In this document: positions 35,867 through 45,143 of the stretch, piece after piece
How positions within the stretch are numbered: the stretch's first letter is position 1
Layout: each line of letters opens with the position of its first letter
Origin: a bacterium
GTDB taxonomy: Bacteria; Patescibacteriota; Microgenomatia; UBA1400; UBA12108
Assembly: GCA_021788365.1 (NCBI GenBank)
Contig: JAJYKS010000003.1
Location: 6,283 to 70,282 of the forward strand
Direction: 5' to 3'
Length of the DNA stretch: 64,000 bases
The notes under the pieces: model-generated
The model's database searches: none
The model's input: the letters and a program-made list of their open reading frames with translations, nothing else
What the model was told of the DNA's origin: nothing
Position numbers and translations under genes: made by a program

Positions 35867-36529
35867 ATGGCAGACGTGTACTCCGCAGGTCAGGGACAGG
35901 CAACGCCGCAACCCAAGGCGTCCTCACCTATGGCACATATCCACGACATTGTGAATGCCCATGGCGTGGAATCACTCTTGTCTAGTTTTTCTTCGTTTCC
36001 ACAGAAAGTGTGCTTTGAGACACAGGATGATAATGAACAGGTAGTCCTTTTTATGCGACAGCACCCAATTGTGAACGTGCCTTGGATAACTCTTACCATC
36101 CTCATGCTTGTTGTCCCCTCCGTGTTTTCATTTTTTCCTCCATATATGATGATGCCGGGTACGTATCAGTTTGTCGTAACGTCGGGTTGGTATTTGTTTG
36201 TTTTCGGGTACGTGCTCGCTAAATTCATGGGTTGGTTTTTTAATATCTATATCGTTACTAACGAGCGGGTGGTGGATGTTGATTTCTCCAACATTTTTTA
36301 TCGTAGGATCTCTACGGCACGCCTTGAGGAAATACAAGATGTAAATGTCACTAGTGCGGGCGCGTTTGAGACATTCTTTGGCTATGGGCAAATCACCATA
36401 CAGACGGCGGCGGAGGTGCCGGAATTCGAGTTCGAGTCGGTTCCGCACCCAGATGTTGTAGGGAAGGTATTGAATGAACTCGTTGATATCGAACATGGTG
36501 AGGGAGAGAAGGGGGCACCGAACGTATGA
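35867..36529 (+). CDS. Membrane protein with a bacterial PH (bPH_2/YdbT-like) domain
   Basis: Two TM helices are followed by FNIYIVTNERVVDVDFSNIFYRRISTARLEEIQDV...GQITIQTA, typical of bPH_2. The start is taken at MADVYSAG. Confidence 0.5.
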   Translation: MADVYSAGQGQATPQPKASSPMAHIHDIVNAHGVESLLSSFSSFPQKVCFETQDDNEQVVLFMRQHPIVNVPWITLTILMLVVPSVFSFFPPYMMMPGTYQFVVTSGWYLFVFGYVLAKFMGWFFNIYIVTNERVVDVDFSNIFYRRISTARLEEIQDVNVTSAGAFETFFGYGQITIQTAAEVPEFEFESVPHPDVVGKVLNELVDIEHGEGEKGAPNV

Positions 36530-36756
36530 ACACTCTCGTTTTTTTTCTCGAAAATATTACACTTTTGTCGATTGTGAAGTTCCTCATTTTGACGCTACTT
36601 TCCGTATATGCCGTTTTTGCTCTTCTTATGATGCGGCAGATCGGATCTATGACAAAAGCTGTCACGATAAAGGATGATGTGGTTATTCGAGCGCTAGGCC
36701 TTGTACATTTTGTATGTGCGGTGCTTGTACTTTTGGCAGCATTTATGCTCTTGTAA
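36526..36756 (+). CDS. Small two-TM membrane protein (ATGA-coupled)
   Basis: 76 aa, hydrophobic. Confidence 0.35.
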   Translation: MNTLVFFLENITLLSIVKFLILTLLSVYAVFALLMMRQIGSMTKAVTIKDDVVIRALGLVHFVCAVLVLLAAFMLL

Positions 36757-36764
36757 GGGGCAAC

Positions 36765-38504
36765 ATGGATACAACAACAGCAACGCTTTCCGGTACCCCA
36801 AACACACGTTGCTGGAGCCAAGCGGCTACGAGGGTTTTAGGGGGTGTTACTAGCGTTGTTGTTCTAACACTTACTTGTGAGGCAGATGGTGATCTCCTCG
36901 ACCTTTCTCAGGTAGGAGGAGAGCTTTTGGAGAGTGTGCTTTCTGCCATAGGTGGCATTCGCGAAGGACAAACTTTGCAGCCAACACTCGAACCTCTCCT
37001 ATCCAGCTTGGGTGACGGCGTTTGTGTGTCAATTCTCGTTATTGGTATTTTTGATCAGCGACTCATTCTTTGGGGGAAGGGTGAGGTGGGGTGTTACCTA
37101 TTGCGGGATGGACACTTCCTCCATCTTGCTGATTCTGCAGCGGCGGCGCGCTCTGTATCTGGAAACGTTATTTCTCATGACACTCTTCTTGCATATACAA
37201 CATCACTTACACATGCCTGTAGTCTTGCCGACATACGAAAGGCACTGGGAGAAGGTACAAAGGGTTTGGAGCTGTTGACTCCAAGCATCTTAGCCGCTCC
37301 GGACTCTGGGAGTATCGCAGCAGCAATGGTTGCGGTTGAGGGGACACCCCCAATAAAACCTGCGATAAACATACCACTATTTGTACGACGTGAGATTACC
37401 GGACAAGAGCGACGAATGCAGACCTATATTGGTATGGGACTTGTAGCGCTACTTGTTGTTCTTATTTCTGTGGGTTACGTACAACGATTAAAGACGCTTC
37501 GCGTCCAAACATATTCGACTTTGTCGCAGCGTGTAGGAGGGCTCATAACTGATTCGCGGCAAGTGGCTGTCTCTGACCCCGCGCGAGCGCGCACCGATCT
37601 CTCGGATGCCCGTACTGCTGTAGAGCAGTACCTCTCAGGAAAGCCTGGTGCACCTTATACGCTCCAAGCGCAGCAGCTCACTCAAAATATCACCTCAGCG
37701 GAGCAGTCAGTTTTCCAGGTGTATCCCGTGACACTGTCGCCATTTATTCCACTTTCGGTTGTTGCGCCACAACTGTCTGCCCCTCGCATGGCGACAGACG
37801 GGAAGGGCGACCTTCTTTTTGCTGACACAATGGGGAATATCATCGGTATTAGTACCAAAGATAAGTCTAAATTTAGTTATAGTACTCAAACGTATGGACC
37901 CGATATCTCTGTTGTAGGGGGAGACACCGGCACGTTTGGATTTACCGCAAAGGGAGTGGTCGTCATACCACCAAAGAAAACGGAAGCTACGGTTGCGATA
38001 CAGCCAGATGAGTTGTGGGGTGATATCACTATGATTGATACGTTCGCCGGGAACGTTTATCTTCTTGATCAGGGGAATGGTGAAATATGGAAGTATCCGG
38101 TCTTGGATACTGGGTTTGGTACGCGTAAACGGTGGTTTGCTGCCGGAATTACTCCCGATCTATCCAAAGTTGTGGATATGCGAGTGACGGGCGATGTGTG
38201 GCTACTTACTTCGACTGGGAAAATTCTCAAATATACTCGTGGTGCCCCCCAGAAATTTCCCATGACAGGGTTTCCATTTACGAGTACAGACGGGAGCCTT
38301 GCTAATCCACAAGCACTCGATGTTAATGGGAGCAGCGTTTATGTTCTCGAGTCCGGCGCGTCACGGGTAGACGTATTCCAGGATGATGGAACATACGTGA
38401 AACAATACACGGCGGATGACTTTGCAAAGGCAACGGATATCGCGATTGCAGATGGGAAAATGTACGTACTGGTGCCAAGCGGAGTGGAGTGGTTTGGGTT
38501 GTGA
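36765..38504 (+). CDS. Single-pass membrane protein: cytoplasmic N-terminal domain (PP2C-like?), TM helix, extracellular beta-propeller-like repeats
   Basis: TM helix MGLVALLVVLISVGYV. The C-terminal half repeats blade-like YVL(D/E)xG...(W/V)(K/F)Y motifs about 6 times. Confidence 0.5.
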   Translation: MDTTTATLSGTPNTRCWSQAATRVLGGVTSVVVLTLTCEADGDLLDLSQVGGELLESVLSAIGGIREGQTLQPTLEPLLSSLGDGVCVSILVIGIFDQRLILWGKGEVGCYLLRDGHFLHLADSAAAARSVSGNVISHDTLLAYTTSLTHACSLADIRKALGEGTKGLELLTPSILAAPDSGSIAAAMVAVEGTPPIKPAINIPLFVRREITGQERRMQTYIGMGLVALLVVLISVGYVQRLKTLRVQTYSTLSQRVGGLITDSRQVAVSDPARARTDLSDARTAVEQYLSGKPGAPYTLQAQQLTQNITSAEQSVFQVYPVTLSPFIPLSVVAPQLSAPRMATDGKGDLLFADTMGNIIGISTKDKSKFSYSTQTYGPDISVVGGDTGTFGFTAKGVVVIPPKKTEATVAIQPDELWGDITMIDTFAGNVYLLDQGNGEIWKYPVLDTGFGTRKRWFAAGITPDLSKVVDMRVTGDVWLLTSTGKILKYTRGAPQKFPMTGFPFTSTDGSLANPQALDVNGSSVYVLESGASRVDVFQDDGTYVKQYTADDFAKATDIAIADGKMYVLVPSGVEWFGL

Positions 38505-38527
38505 GGACGTGGCGTTCGTCTGGATTT

Positions 38528-38618
38528 CCCAAACGCAAAACTCGGTCTATCTGCGCCTGGTGGCGCAGCGACCTAGAACTCGCGCTACCCGCCACTGCGT
38601 TGTGTTTTGCAACTTGTG
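38528..38618 (+). ncRNA. Copy 2 of the conserved ~91-93 nt 3'-UTR element
   Basis: Same core as copy 1. Hairpin arms are ctgcgcc/ggcgcag (compensatory change). It starts 24 nt after the upstream stop. Confidence 0.5.
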
Positions 38619-38659
38619 AAATCCCGACTGCACGCCCTAATTTTTTCTTGAGGTAGAAT

Positions 38660-39100
38660 ATGGGTATGATTTTGAATAAAAATGCCAAGCGGGAGTACAG
38701 TATATCCGACACATTGGTGGCGGGGGTGGTGCTCACGGGCGCGGAGGTGAAGACGCTGCGCGAGGGGCGGGGAAGTCTGCGTGACGCCTACGCGCGATTC
38801 TTAAACGGTGAGCTGTACCTGGTGGGCGCCGACATACCGCAGTACAGCCACTATTCGGGGAAGGAATACGACGCGAAGCGGAGCCGGAAACTCCTTTTAA
38901 ACAGCCGCGAAATACTAAAATTGCAGCAACAATTGGAAGGCAAGAATCTGACACTCGTGCCTTTGAAATTGTTTTTCCAGGGACGATGGGTGAAGTGCGA
39001 GCTGGGGGTAGGACGGGGAAAGCGGGAATATGAGAAGCGGGAAGACTTGAAAAAGCGAGACGTAGAACGAGAGATTGCGAAGGCTATGCGGACCAACTAA
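38660..39100 (+). CDS. smpB: SsrA-binding protein SmpB
   Basis: LVAGVVLTGAEVKTLREGRGSLRDAYARFLNGELYLVGADIPQYS and the basic C-terminal tail are SmpB hallmarks. Confidence 0.9.
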   Translation: MGMILNKNAKREYSISDTLVAGVVLTGAEVKTLREGRGSLRDAYARFLNGELYLVGADIPQYSHYSGKEYDAKRSRKLLLNSREILKLQQQLEGKNLTLVPLKLFFQGRWVKCELGVGRGKREYEKREDLKKRDVEREIAKAMRTN

Positions 39101-39101
39101 A

Positions 39102-39127
39102 AATCCCGCAAAAGCGGGATTTTGCTG
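39102..39127. terminator. Bidirectional rho-independent terminator shared by smpB and the convergent candidate tmRNA
   Basis: AAAATCCCGC-AAAA-GCGGGATTTT is a perfect 10-bp-stem hairpin with T-runs on both strands. Confidence 0.7.
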
Positions 39128-39529
39128 TGGAGACGGAGGGCAGTGAGCCCTCGTCCGCGTGCTGCTACTAACATCATCTACATACGTAGTTCATTTTATT
39201 TTTAACCTCATGCTGTCCCGGGAATGAACGAACCAAAATAGCAAGAGGGTTGTCGATTGATTTGGGCCAGAGTGACAAGACCTGGCTTACGGCCTGTGTC
39301 TGTTTCCACCCAACTACCGCGCCACAAGCGACTTGGTAGTGAATGCCGTTAGGCAAATGCCGGTACGAAACCAGCGTTGTCTGCGGGAGTAAAGAGACCT
39401 ACAAAGAAGTCTTTTACTGCAGTCAAAGGATTTTTGACAGTTATTTTTTGGCTCTTTTTTACGACTTCCTTAGCCAAAGTCGGTATGCAGATGTTAATGA
39501 GCGAGTACACGTCAATACAAGACGTCCCC
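39128..39529 (-). ncRNA. ssrA: Candidate tmRNA (SsrA), about 402 nt, CCA not encoded
   Basis: Minus-strand 5' GGGGACG pairs with 3' CGUCUCC, including G3:U70 (the Ala identity element), followed by discriminator A. The 3' tRNA-like domain GGAC-GAGGG-CUCACUG-CCCUC-CGUCUCCA parallels E. coli GGAC-GCGGG-UUCAACU-CCCGC-CAGCUCCA. An internal frame GCA GAC AAC GCT GGT TTC GTA CCG GCA TTT GCC TAA encodes the tag ADNAGFVPAFA* (39349-39384). The upstream promoter is TGGTACCAT. Confidence 0.55.
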
Positions 39530-39597
39530 AATGCACGAATGGTACCATACATCAGGCAATTTGTCCAGTTCCTACGATCTGTACTATGCTATAGACA

Positions 39598-40286
39598 TGA
39601 GCTTTGTTGATTGGATATATCCGAAGGTATGCGCGGGATGTGAAAAGGAGGGGGAGTATATATGCGATGAATGTCGGGGGAAACTAAACCCACCAGTGTC
39701 GATTTGTCCGGAGTGCAACCGACCGAGTATAGACGGATGGGTACATGCACGTTGTCAAAGGCGGTATGGAATAGACAGGCTTATCGTGGGATTACCGTAC
39801 CACGGGGCGGTGCAGAAGTGCCTCAAAAACGTCAAATATAAGAGCAGCTGGGAAGTGATCAACTTTTTGCATGAAGTTTGGGAACAAAAAGCCGAATTCA
39901 TGATTCATGATTTACGATCCATGAATATAAATGCCTTGGTTACGGCGGTACCGATGTGGGGAATGAAAGAACGGAAACGGGGATTCAATCAAGCCGAGCG
40001 ACTGGGGAAATTAATAGCGAGCGAGATGGGGCTTCCGTATTTGGACGTTTTGGAAAGGGTGAGAGATACCAGGGCGATGTGGGGACTCGACCACAAACAA
40101 AGGATACAGAATGTGGTAGGGGCGTTTTCGCTTAATTCTCAGTTTTCAGTTCTCAATTTCCAAAAAATAAAACTGGTTTTGTTGGTGGATGATGTGTGGA
40201 CGACGGGGGCTACAATGCGGATGTGCGCGGGTGTTTTGATACGGGGTGGTGCTAAAAAAGTTTGGGGAATCGCATTATCGCGGTAA
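39598..40286 (+). CDS. comFC: ComF-like competence protein (phosphoribosyltransferase domain); contains an in-frame heptamer-repeat insertion
   Basis: N-terminal CAGC...CDEC...CPEC zinc-finger-like Cys pairs and a C-terminal PRTase motif LVDDVWTTGAT. The peptide NSQFSVLNFQK (40134-40168) is encoded by the heptamer element. Confidence 0.65.
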
Positions 40287-40295
40287 AATGGTTTT

Positions 40296-41822
40296 ATGAA
40301 AATTTTGTTTCTCGCGGCTGAAGTGGGCCCGTATCTGTCGGTGGGAGGGCTTTCCCAGGTGTCATATTTTCTTCCACGAGCGCTGTCACAACTAGGGGAC
40401 GAGGTGCGAGTTTTTACCCCGAAGTTTGGAACGATGGACAGCACGGCACCGACTAAGCGTGGATGGAATCTCAAGAATGAGCTTAGTGGTTTGTCTGTCC
40501 CGCTTGGGTTTGACGGTGATACTCGGGGGGCGATCATTTGTAATGTAAAGAGTTATCAACGGCTAGGGAGTGCGGTTAAAACCTATTTCCTTGAAAACAG
40601 GGAGTATTACGAGCTGCGCGCCAATGTTTACGGCTATAAAGATGATCACATACGATTTGCCCTTATGTGTAAGGGATGTTTGGAATGGCTTCTTATACAA
40701 AAGTCGAAAAAAGGTGCGTGGTTTCCCGACGCCATCCATTGTAATGATTGGCACGCGGCGTACTTTATCAACATGGCGCGTACCAATCCAAGGTATAAAG
40801 AACTTCTTCGGAAAACGCCGCTGCTTCTCACTGTTCACAACTTCACTTTTCAAGGAAATTATGACTTTAAGTATTGTGCTGACCATGATCGTGATGATGG
40901 TACGACACCCCTTCTCCCTCTCCTTGACCCTGAGATGCAAAAACAGAACGCACTTCTTCGAGGTATTCTTTCTGCCGACGCCATTACTACCGTATCTCCC
41001 ACTCACGCTCGCGAAGTGTTGACTGAGGAATATGGAGAGGGGCTACATACGGCACTTCTTAAGGTACGTTCAAGGGTTTCAGGCATACTTAACGGTCTCG
41101 ACACTCGGGAGTTTGATCCTTCGGATGATCCTTTGGTTTATATCAACTTTTCGCCGAAAAACTTTGTTAAGCCGCGACTTAAGAACAAACAACATCTCCA
41201 GGAGCTTTTTGATTTGCCACGAAACCCCCATGCGTTTCTTGTGGCTTACAGTGGCAGACTCGCGAATCAAAAAGGCCTCAACCTTCTTATGGAGGCCATG
41301 CGGCACCTCCTTCCAGAACGACAGGATTTGCAATTTATAGTACTGGGCGGCGGCGACGAATCTTATCGCCAACAGCTCACCTCTCTTGCGCGCGAGTATC
41401 CGAAGCAAGTAGGTCTCCACCTTCTTCCTGATTTTCGACTGCCACGGAAAATTTTTTCTGGTGCGGACGCACTCCTTATTCCCAGTTTGTTCGAACCAGG
41501 CGGCATTGTGGCGCTTGAGGCGCTTCGATACGGGGCGGTCCCCATTGTACGAAGAACGGGTGGCCTTAATGACATTGTGACGGAGTTTGATCCGACTACG
41601 CGTCGGGGGAATGGTTTTTCCTTCGCGACAAAGGATGGTTGGGCACTCTACGGAGCAGTTGTGACTGCGATGACGACGTATCACAATACTGTCTTGTGGG
41701 AGCGTGTTGTGTCCAATGCCTTGGCTTCAGATTTTTCGTGGGAGCATGCGGCGAGGGAATACCATTTATGGTATAAGCGCGCGCTCTATGATCGCAAGCG
41801 GCATATACGGTCAGTAAGATAG
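40296..41822 (+). CDS. glgA: Glycogen/starch synthase (GT5)
   Basis: MKILFLAAEVGPYLSVGGLSQVSYFLPRAL is the GlgA N-terminal motif, and the C-terminal GT-B region has GGLNDIV. Confidence 0.8.
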   Translation: MKILFLAAEVGPYLSVGGLSQVSYFLPRALSQLGDEVRVFTPKFGTMDSTAPTKRGWNLKNELSGLSVPLGFDGDTRGAIICNVKSYQRLGSAVKTYFLENREYYELRANVYGYKDDHIRFALMCKGCLEWLLIQKSKKGAWFPDAIHCNDWHAAYFINMARTNPRYKELLRKTPLLLTVHNFTFQGNYDFKYCADHDRDDGTTPLLPLLDPEMQKQNALLRGILSADAITTVSPTHAREVLTEEYGEGLHTALLKVRSRVSGILNGLDTREFDPSDDPLVYINFSPKNFVKPRLKNKQHLQELFDLPRNPHAFLVAYSGRLANQKGLNLLMEAMRHLLPERQDLQFIVLGGGDESYRQQLTSLAREYPKQVGLHLLPDFRLPRKIFSGADALLIPSLFEPGGIVALEALRYGAVPIVRRTGGLNDIVTEFDPTTRRGNGFSFATKDGWALYGAVVTAMTTYHNTVLWERVVSNALASDFSWEHAAREYHLWYKRALYDRKRHIRSVR

Positions 41823-41831
41823 GACAGAGCG

Positions 41832-43538
41832 ATGCAAGACGATACTCTACGATGGTTTGACACTTTTCACAAAAGCGATGCTTATGCACGACTTTTGGAG
41901 CGACCGATCGCCTACTTCTGTGCCGAGTATGCGCTTGCGTCTGATCTTCCCATTTATGCTGGTGGACTTGGAATACTGGCAGGTGACTATGTACGCGAAG
42001 CTGCAGTACAGCAAGTACCAGTTGTTGCGGTTGGCCTGTACTATAGTGAAGGGTTTACGCGTCGTGAGTTGTCTCCGGAGGGGCGCGTGGTTGATTTTCA
42101 TGTTTCGCGGACTCCGGAGGAGGCAGGTCTCGCGCCGGTTATTGATGCGGCGGGGAAAGCAGTCATCGTTCGTATCCCCGTGCAAGAGGGGGTAGTTGCC
42201 GCTCGTGCGTGGGCGTGGCAGCCGTCAAGCCTTCCCGGTGCTAAATCTAACGTGACCGTTTACCTTTTGGACTCACACGTTCCTGAGAACAGTGAAATTG
42301 ACCAGCATATTACCGACTCACTTTACGATACCAACAAGGAGACCAGACTCAAACAGGAGATGTTGCTTGGAATCGGTGGGCTGCGACTCCTGGAGATAAT
42401 CGGCGTTCACCCTTCTGTGTATCATCTTAACGAAGGGCATTCTGCATTTCTTGTGTACGAGCTCATTCATCATGAGATGACTGAGCACAACCTCACCTTT
42501 ATTGAGGCAAAGGATCGGGCAAAGGAGCATATTTTATTTACCAATCACACGCTTGTGGCCGCGGGCAATGACGTGTTTAGCAATGATCTTGTTTCGCTTT
42601 TTCTTGAGAAATACGCGGAGGAAATAAACGTGCCGGCCTCGGCGCTTGTGGAGCTCGGACTTGTGCAGCAATCATCAACATTTTCTATGACGATGCTTGC
42701 CCTCAGATCTGCGGGAAGGATTAATGCAGTGTCAAAGCTGCATGCCACAAAAGCGAAGGAAATATGGAAGGATCACCCCATGTTTCCTATCACAAATGGT
42801 ATACACGCACCTCTGTGGGACGCCATAGGCGACGTTTACCACCTGTGGGAACTACACCAGGCACGCAAGCGAGAGCTCCTCGAGACTATTTTTCAACAGA
42901 CAGGAACTCAGTGGGACGAGCGAACGATTCTTTTAGGATGGGCACGTCGCATCGTACGGTACAAGCGACCCCTCGCTATGGTGGAGCGACTAAAACGGTT
43001 TCATGAGATGGCAGAGCGATTAGATCGACCGATACGGGTGGTGTTTGCGGGGCAGTCGCATCCGTCGGATGAGGATGGGGAAGAGATGCTTGAAGAACTA
43101 CAGTATCGGCTTAGATCCGACCTTAAGGGTATGGCAGTATATTTACCACACTACGACATGACATTGTCAAAGCAGATGGTTGCGGGATGTGATGTGTGGG
43201 TAAATACTCCGGTTGTGGGATTCGAGGCGTGTGGAACGAGTGGTATGAAGGCAGCCCTCAACGGTGTATTACCTCTTACTACGCGTGACGGGTGGGTAGA
43301 CGAGATAAATCTCTTTGGCATAGGTTGGCTTTTGAACGATGCCAATGTGACCGACGATATTCTCGATAAGCTCGAGCAAGAAATCCTTCCCTTGTATTAT
43401 GACAAAAACGATAGCGGAATACCTGAGGGATGGGTGCAGATGATGCAGAACGCTCGAGGACTCGTATGGAACGAGTTTTCTATGACCAGAGCACTTCGGC
43501 AGTACCTTGAAGAGGGGATGGGGATAACGGTCGGATAA
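41832..43538 (+). CDS. glgP: Alpha-glucan (glycogen/maltodextrin) phosphorylase, GT35 short form
   Basis: IAYFCAEYALASDLPIYAGGLGILAGDYV is the GT35 N-terminal signature. 568 aa. Confidence 0.75.
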   Translation: MQDDTLRWFDTFHKSDAYARLLERPIAYFCAEYALASDLPIYAGGLGILAGDYVREAAVQQVPVVAVGLYYSEGFTRRELSPEGRVVDFHVSRTPEEAGLAPVIDAAGKAVIVRIPVQEGVVAARAWAWQPSSLPGAKSNVTVYLLDSHVPENSEIDQHITDSLYDTNKETRLKQEMLLGIGGLRLLEIIGVHPSVYHLNEGHSAFLVYELIHHEMTEHNLTFIEAKDRAKEHILFTNHTLVAAGNDVFSNDLVSLFLEKYAEEINVPASALVELGLVQQSSTFSMTMLALRSAGRINAVSKLHATKAKEIWKDHPMFPITNGIHAPLWDAIGDVYHLWELHQARKRELLETIFQQTGTQWDERTILLGWARRIVRYKRPLAMVERLKRFHEMAERLDRPIRVVFAGQSHPSDEDGEEMLEELQYRLRSDLKGMAVYLPHYDMTLSKQMVAGCDVWVNTPVVGFEACGTSGMKAALNGVLPLTTRDGWVDEINLFGIGWLLNDANVTDDILDKLEQEILPLYYDKNDSGIPEGWVQMMQNARGLVWNEFSMTRALRQYLEEGMGITVG

Positions 43539-43573
43539 TCAGAATATTCGGAAGACTCGGAAAACTCAGAGGA

Positions 43574-44182
43574 TTAGTTCGCTAGTGATTCGGAAATAAG
43601 TTTTTCGACGACCGGAAGGACGGCCTTGAAGATTTTTTCATGGCCTACAGTGTTCGGATGAAGGCCATCGTAGAGATCAGATTTGGAGAGCACGTCGTGA
43701 AGAGGAAGGTATGTAGTTTGGTTTCGCTCACAGACAGCCTCAATAATTTTGGAATATTCGAGACCGCGCTTGTCGGTATATGTTTTGTCGGGATCTTCGG
43801 GGTAGGGGTTAGTTTTGGTGTCATCCATAATTGCGAGCCCTGTGAAGACAACGGAGCTGGTATATTTGTGAGCAATATTGGAAATATCTTGAATATTCGA
43901 AGCGAACTTTTCATGGGGTACCCAAAGACCGCCAAGTTTTTTAGATACGGCGGAATCATTGTTCCCAATTGAGACAATTATTATGGTTGGCTTTCGGGCA
44001 GATGTTTCGTTATCGATACGACGTAGCAGATCTTCGGTAGTGTTTCCGGAGATACCAAGGTTGTATATAGTGATGTCGTATCCGCTTGCGTATAGATGTT
44101 TTTGTAATAGACTCGACCAACCACCATTTTCTGGATCGTATTCGCCGTGAGTGATGCTGGCGCCGAAAATACAGATGTTCAT
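43574..44182 (-). CDS. SGNH/GDSL-family hydrolase
   Basis: Block I ICIFGASITHG, block II YNLGISGNTT, block III IIIVSIGNNDS, plus the catalytic DxxH (DGLHPN). Confidence 0.7.
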   Translation of the reverse strand: MNICIFGASITHGEYDPENGGWSSLLQKHLYASGYDITIYNLGISGNTTEDLLRRIDNETSARKPTIIIVSIGNNDSAVSKKLGGLWVPHEKFASNIQDISNIAHKYTSSVVFTGLAIMDDTKTNPYPEDPDKTYTDKRGLEYSKIIEAVCERNQTTYLPLHDVLSKSDLYDGLHPNTVGHEKIFKAVLPVVEKLISESLAN

Positions 44183-44424
44183 GGGGAGATTATCTCATGT
44201 TTCTTGAGAAAGGCACGGCCAGAACCGGATTTGAGATATTGCTCGAAACTTCTCGCAGTAGATTCATTTGAAAATGCGAAATAACTCTGCAAATTTAGTG
44301 GGAGACGTTTTACGGTGGCGGGAATGTATCCAGATTGGTGTCTATGGATACGATCTTTTAAGTCGTTTGTTGAGCCAATATAAGACTTATGATCGTTGCA
44401 GATAAGGATATAGACGTAGTGCAT
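44179..44424 (-). CDS. GIY-YIG nuclease-domain protein
   Basis: HYVYILICNDHKSYIGSTNDLKDRIHRH is a GIY-YIG motif. Confidence 0.65.
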   Translation of the reverse strand: MHYVYILICNDHKSYIGSTNDLKDRIHRHQSGYIPATVKRLPLNLQSYFAFSNESTARSFEQYLKSGSGRAFLKKHEIISP

Positions 44425-44586
44425 GGATTTAGTATAGACAATTCTGATGGTCGCCTACATCAGGATTACGGCGAACTAAAGCGGATTTATCTCGCTGAAA
44501 CCTCGCCCTAGGGGATATGAAGAAATATATTCGTGGGAAATCTAAGTTGTAAGCCCGCCTTCGCTAAAGCTACGGCGAGGTGAAAG

Positions 44587-44670
44587 CGGAGACGGTGGGA
44601 GTCGAACCCACAGGACCCTTTTGGGGCCACGGTTTAGCGAACCGTCCGAGTACCGTTGTCGCACGTCTCC
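44587..44670 (-). tRNA. Class II tRNA with a long variable arm, anticodon GCU (tRNA-Ser)
   Basis: Minus-strand read GGAGACG..ACGGT-UCGCUAA-ACCGU-[16-nt variable arm]-GUGGGUUCGACUCCCAC-CGUCUCC-G. T-loop GTTCGAC. CCA is not encoded. Loop position 33 is C, which is unusual. Confidence 0.65.
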
Positions 44671-44694
44671 AACGAAGAAATTATATCAGGGAGG

Positions 44695-44777
44695 CGGAGG
44701 AGGCGGGACTCGAACCCACGAGTGCTTTCGCACGGAGGTTTAGTAAACCTCTGCCGTAGCCGCTGGGCCACTCCTCC
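44695..44777 (-). tRNA. Class II tRNA (long variable arm); anticodon loop UUACUAA, identity unresolved
   Basis: Acceptor GGAGGAG/CTCCTCC, T-arm GTGGGTTCGAGTCCCGC, 3-bp D-stem, 16-nt variable arm. By hand the anticodon reads ACU, which is atypical. Confidence 0.55.
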
Positions 44778-44807
44778 ACGGTATCACGCATTATACCGTA
44801 TTACGGC

Positions 44808-45101
44808 TTATTCGAGACTGGAGATGTGGTTAATCACGGATTCAATTAGGAATCCGATGAAGGCATAAACGACTAGGGCAAAGAGCGCGGAAATCTCTAT
44901 ATCGGCGCCACGACTCAGCGAAGAGCTTGGGAACATATTGTTGAAGGGGGCGAGCAAGGGATTGGTGGTTTCATAAACCCACCTGACGAACGGGGCTGCC
45001 GTGAGAGCGCCCAAGAACTTGAGGAGAATGCGAACGCCGAGGAGAAACTCTACTAGGCTAACGATTACTTCGGTCAAGACCAAAACATAGTTTTTAAACA
45101 T
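44808..45101 (-). CDS. YggT/Ycf19-family membrane protein
   Basis: 97 aa with LVEFLLGVRILLKFL...TNPLLAPFNNMFP... and two TM helices. Confidence 0.6.
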   Translation of the reverse strand: MFKNYVLVLTEVIVSLVEFLLGVRILLKFLGALTAAPFVRWVYETTNPLLAPFNNMFPSSSLSRGADIEISALFALVVYAFIGFLIESVINHISSLE

Positions 45102-45143
45102 AGATCTTCACGTATATAGTGTTATCTCGGTTACAATATCCTT

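Noticed and set aside
39174-39356. 60-aa ORF inside the candidate tmRNA whose C-terminus (..KNKMNYVCR) could be mistaken for a tag peptide
   Set aside because: It is too long and ends in basic residues. The ADNAGFVPAFA frame upstream fits tmRNA tag rules (Ala resume codon, A-x-A end, single TAA stop).
39128-39529. RNase P RNA (rnpB) as the occupant of the smpB-comF gap; there is a partial match to the P4 3' strand at ACAAGACCTGGCTTA
   Set aside because: There is no matching P4 5' strand (GGAAAGTCCGG) anywhere in the gap. The tRNA-like 3' end, G3:U70 acceptor and in-frame tag ORF fit tmRNA far better.
40296-43538. glgA-glgP pair as something novel
   Set aside because: It is an ordinary glycogen synthase/phosphorylase pair. 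There is no glgB/glgC in the window, but the pair alone is not remarkable.
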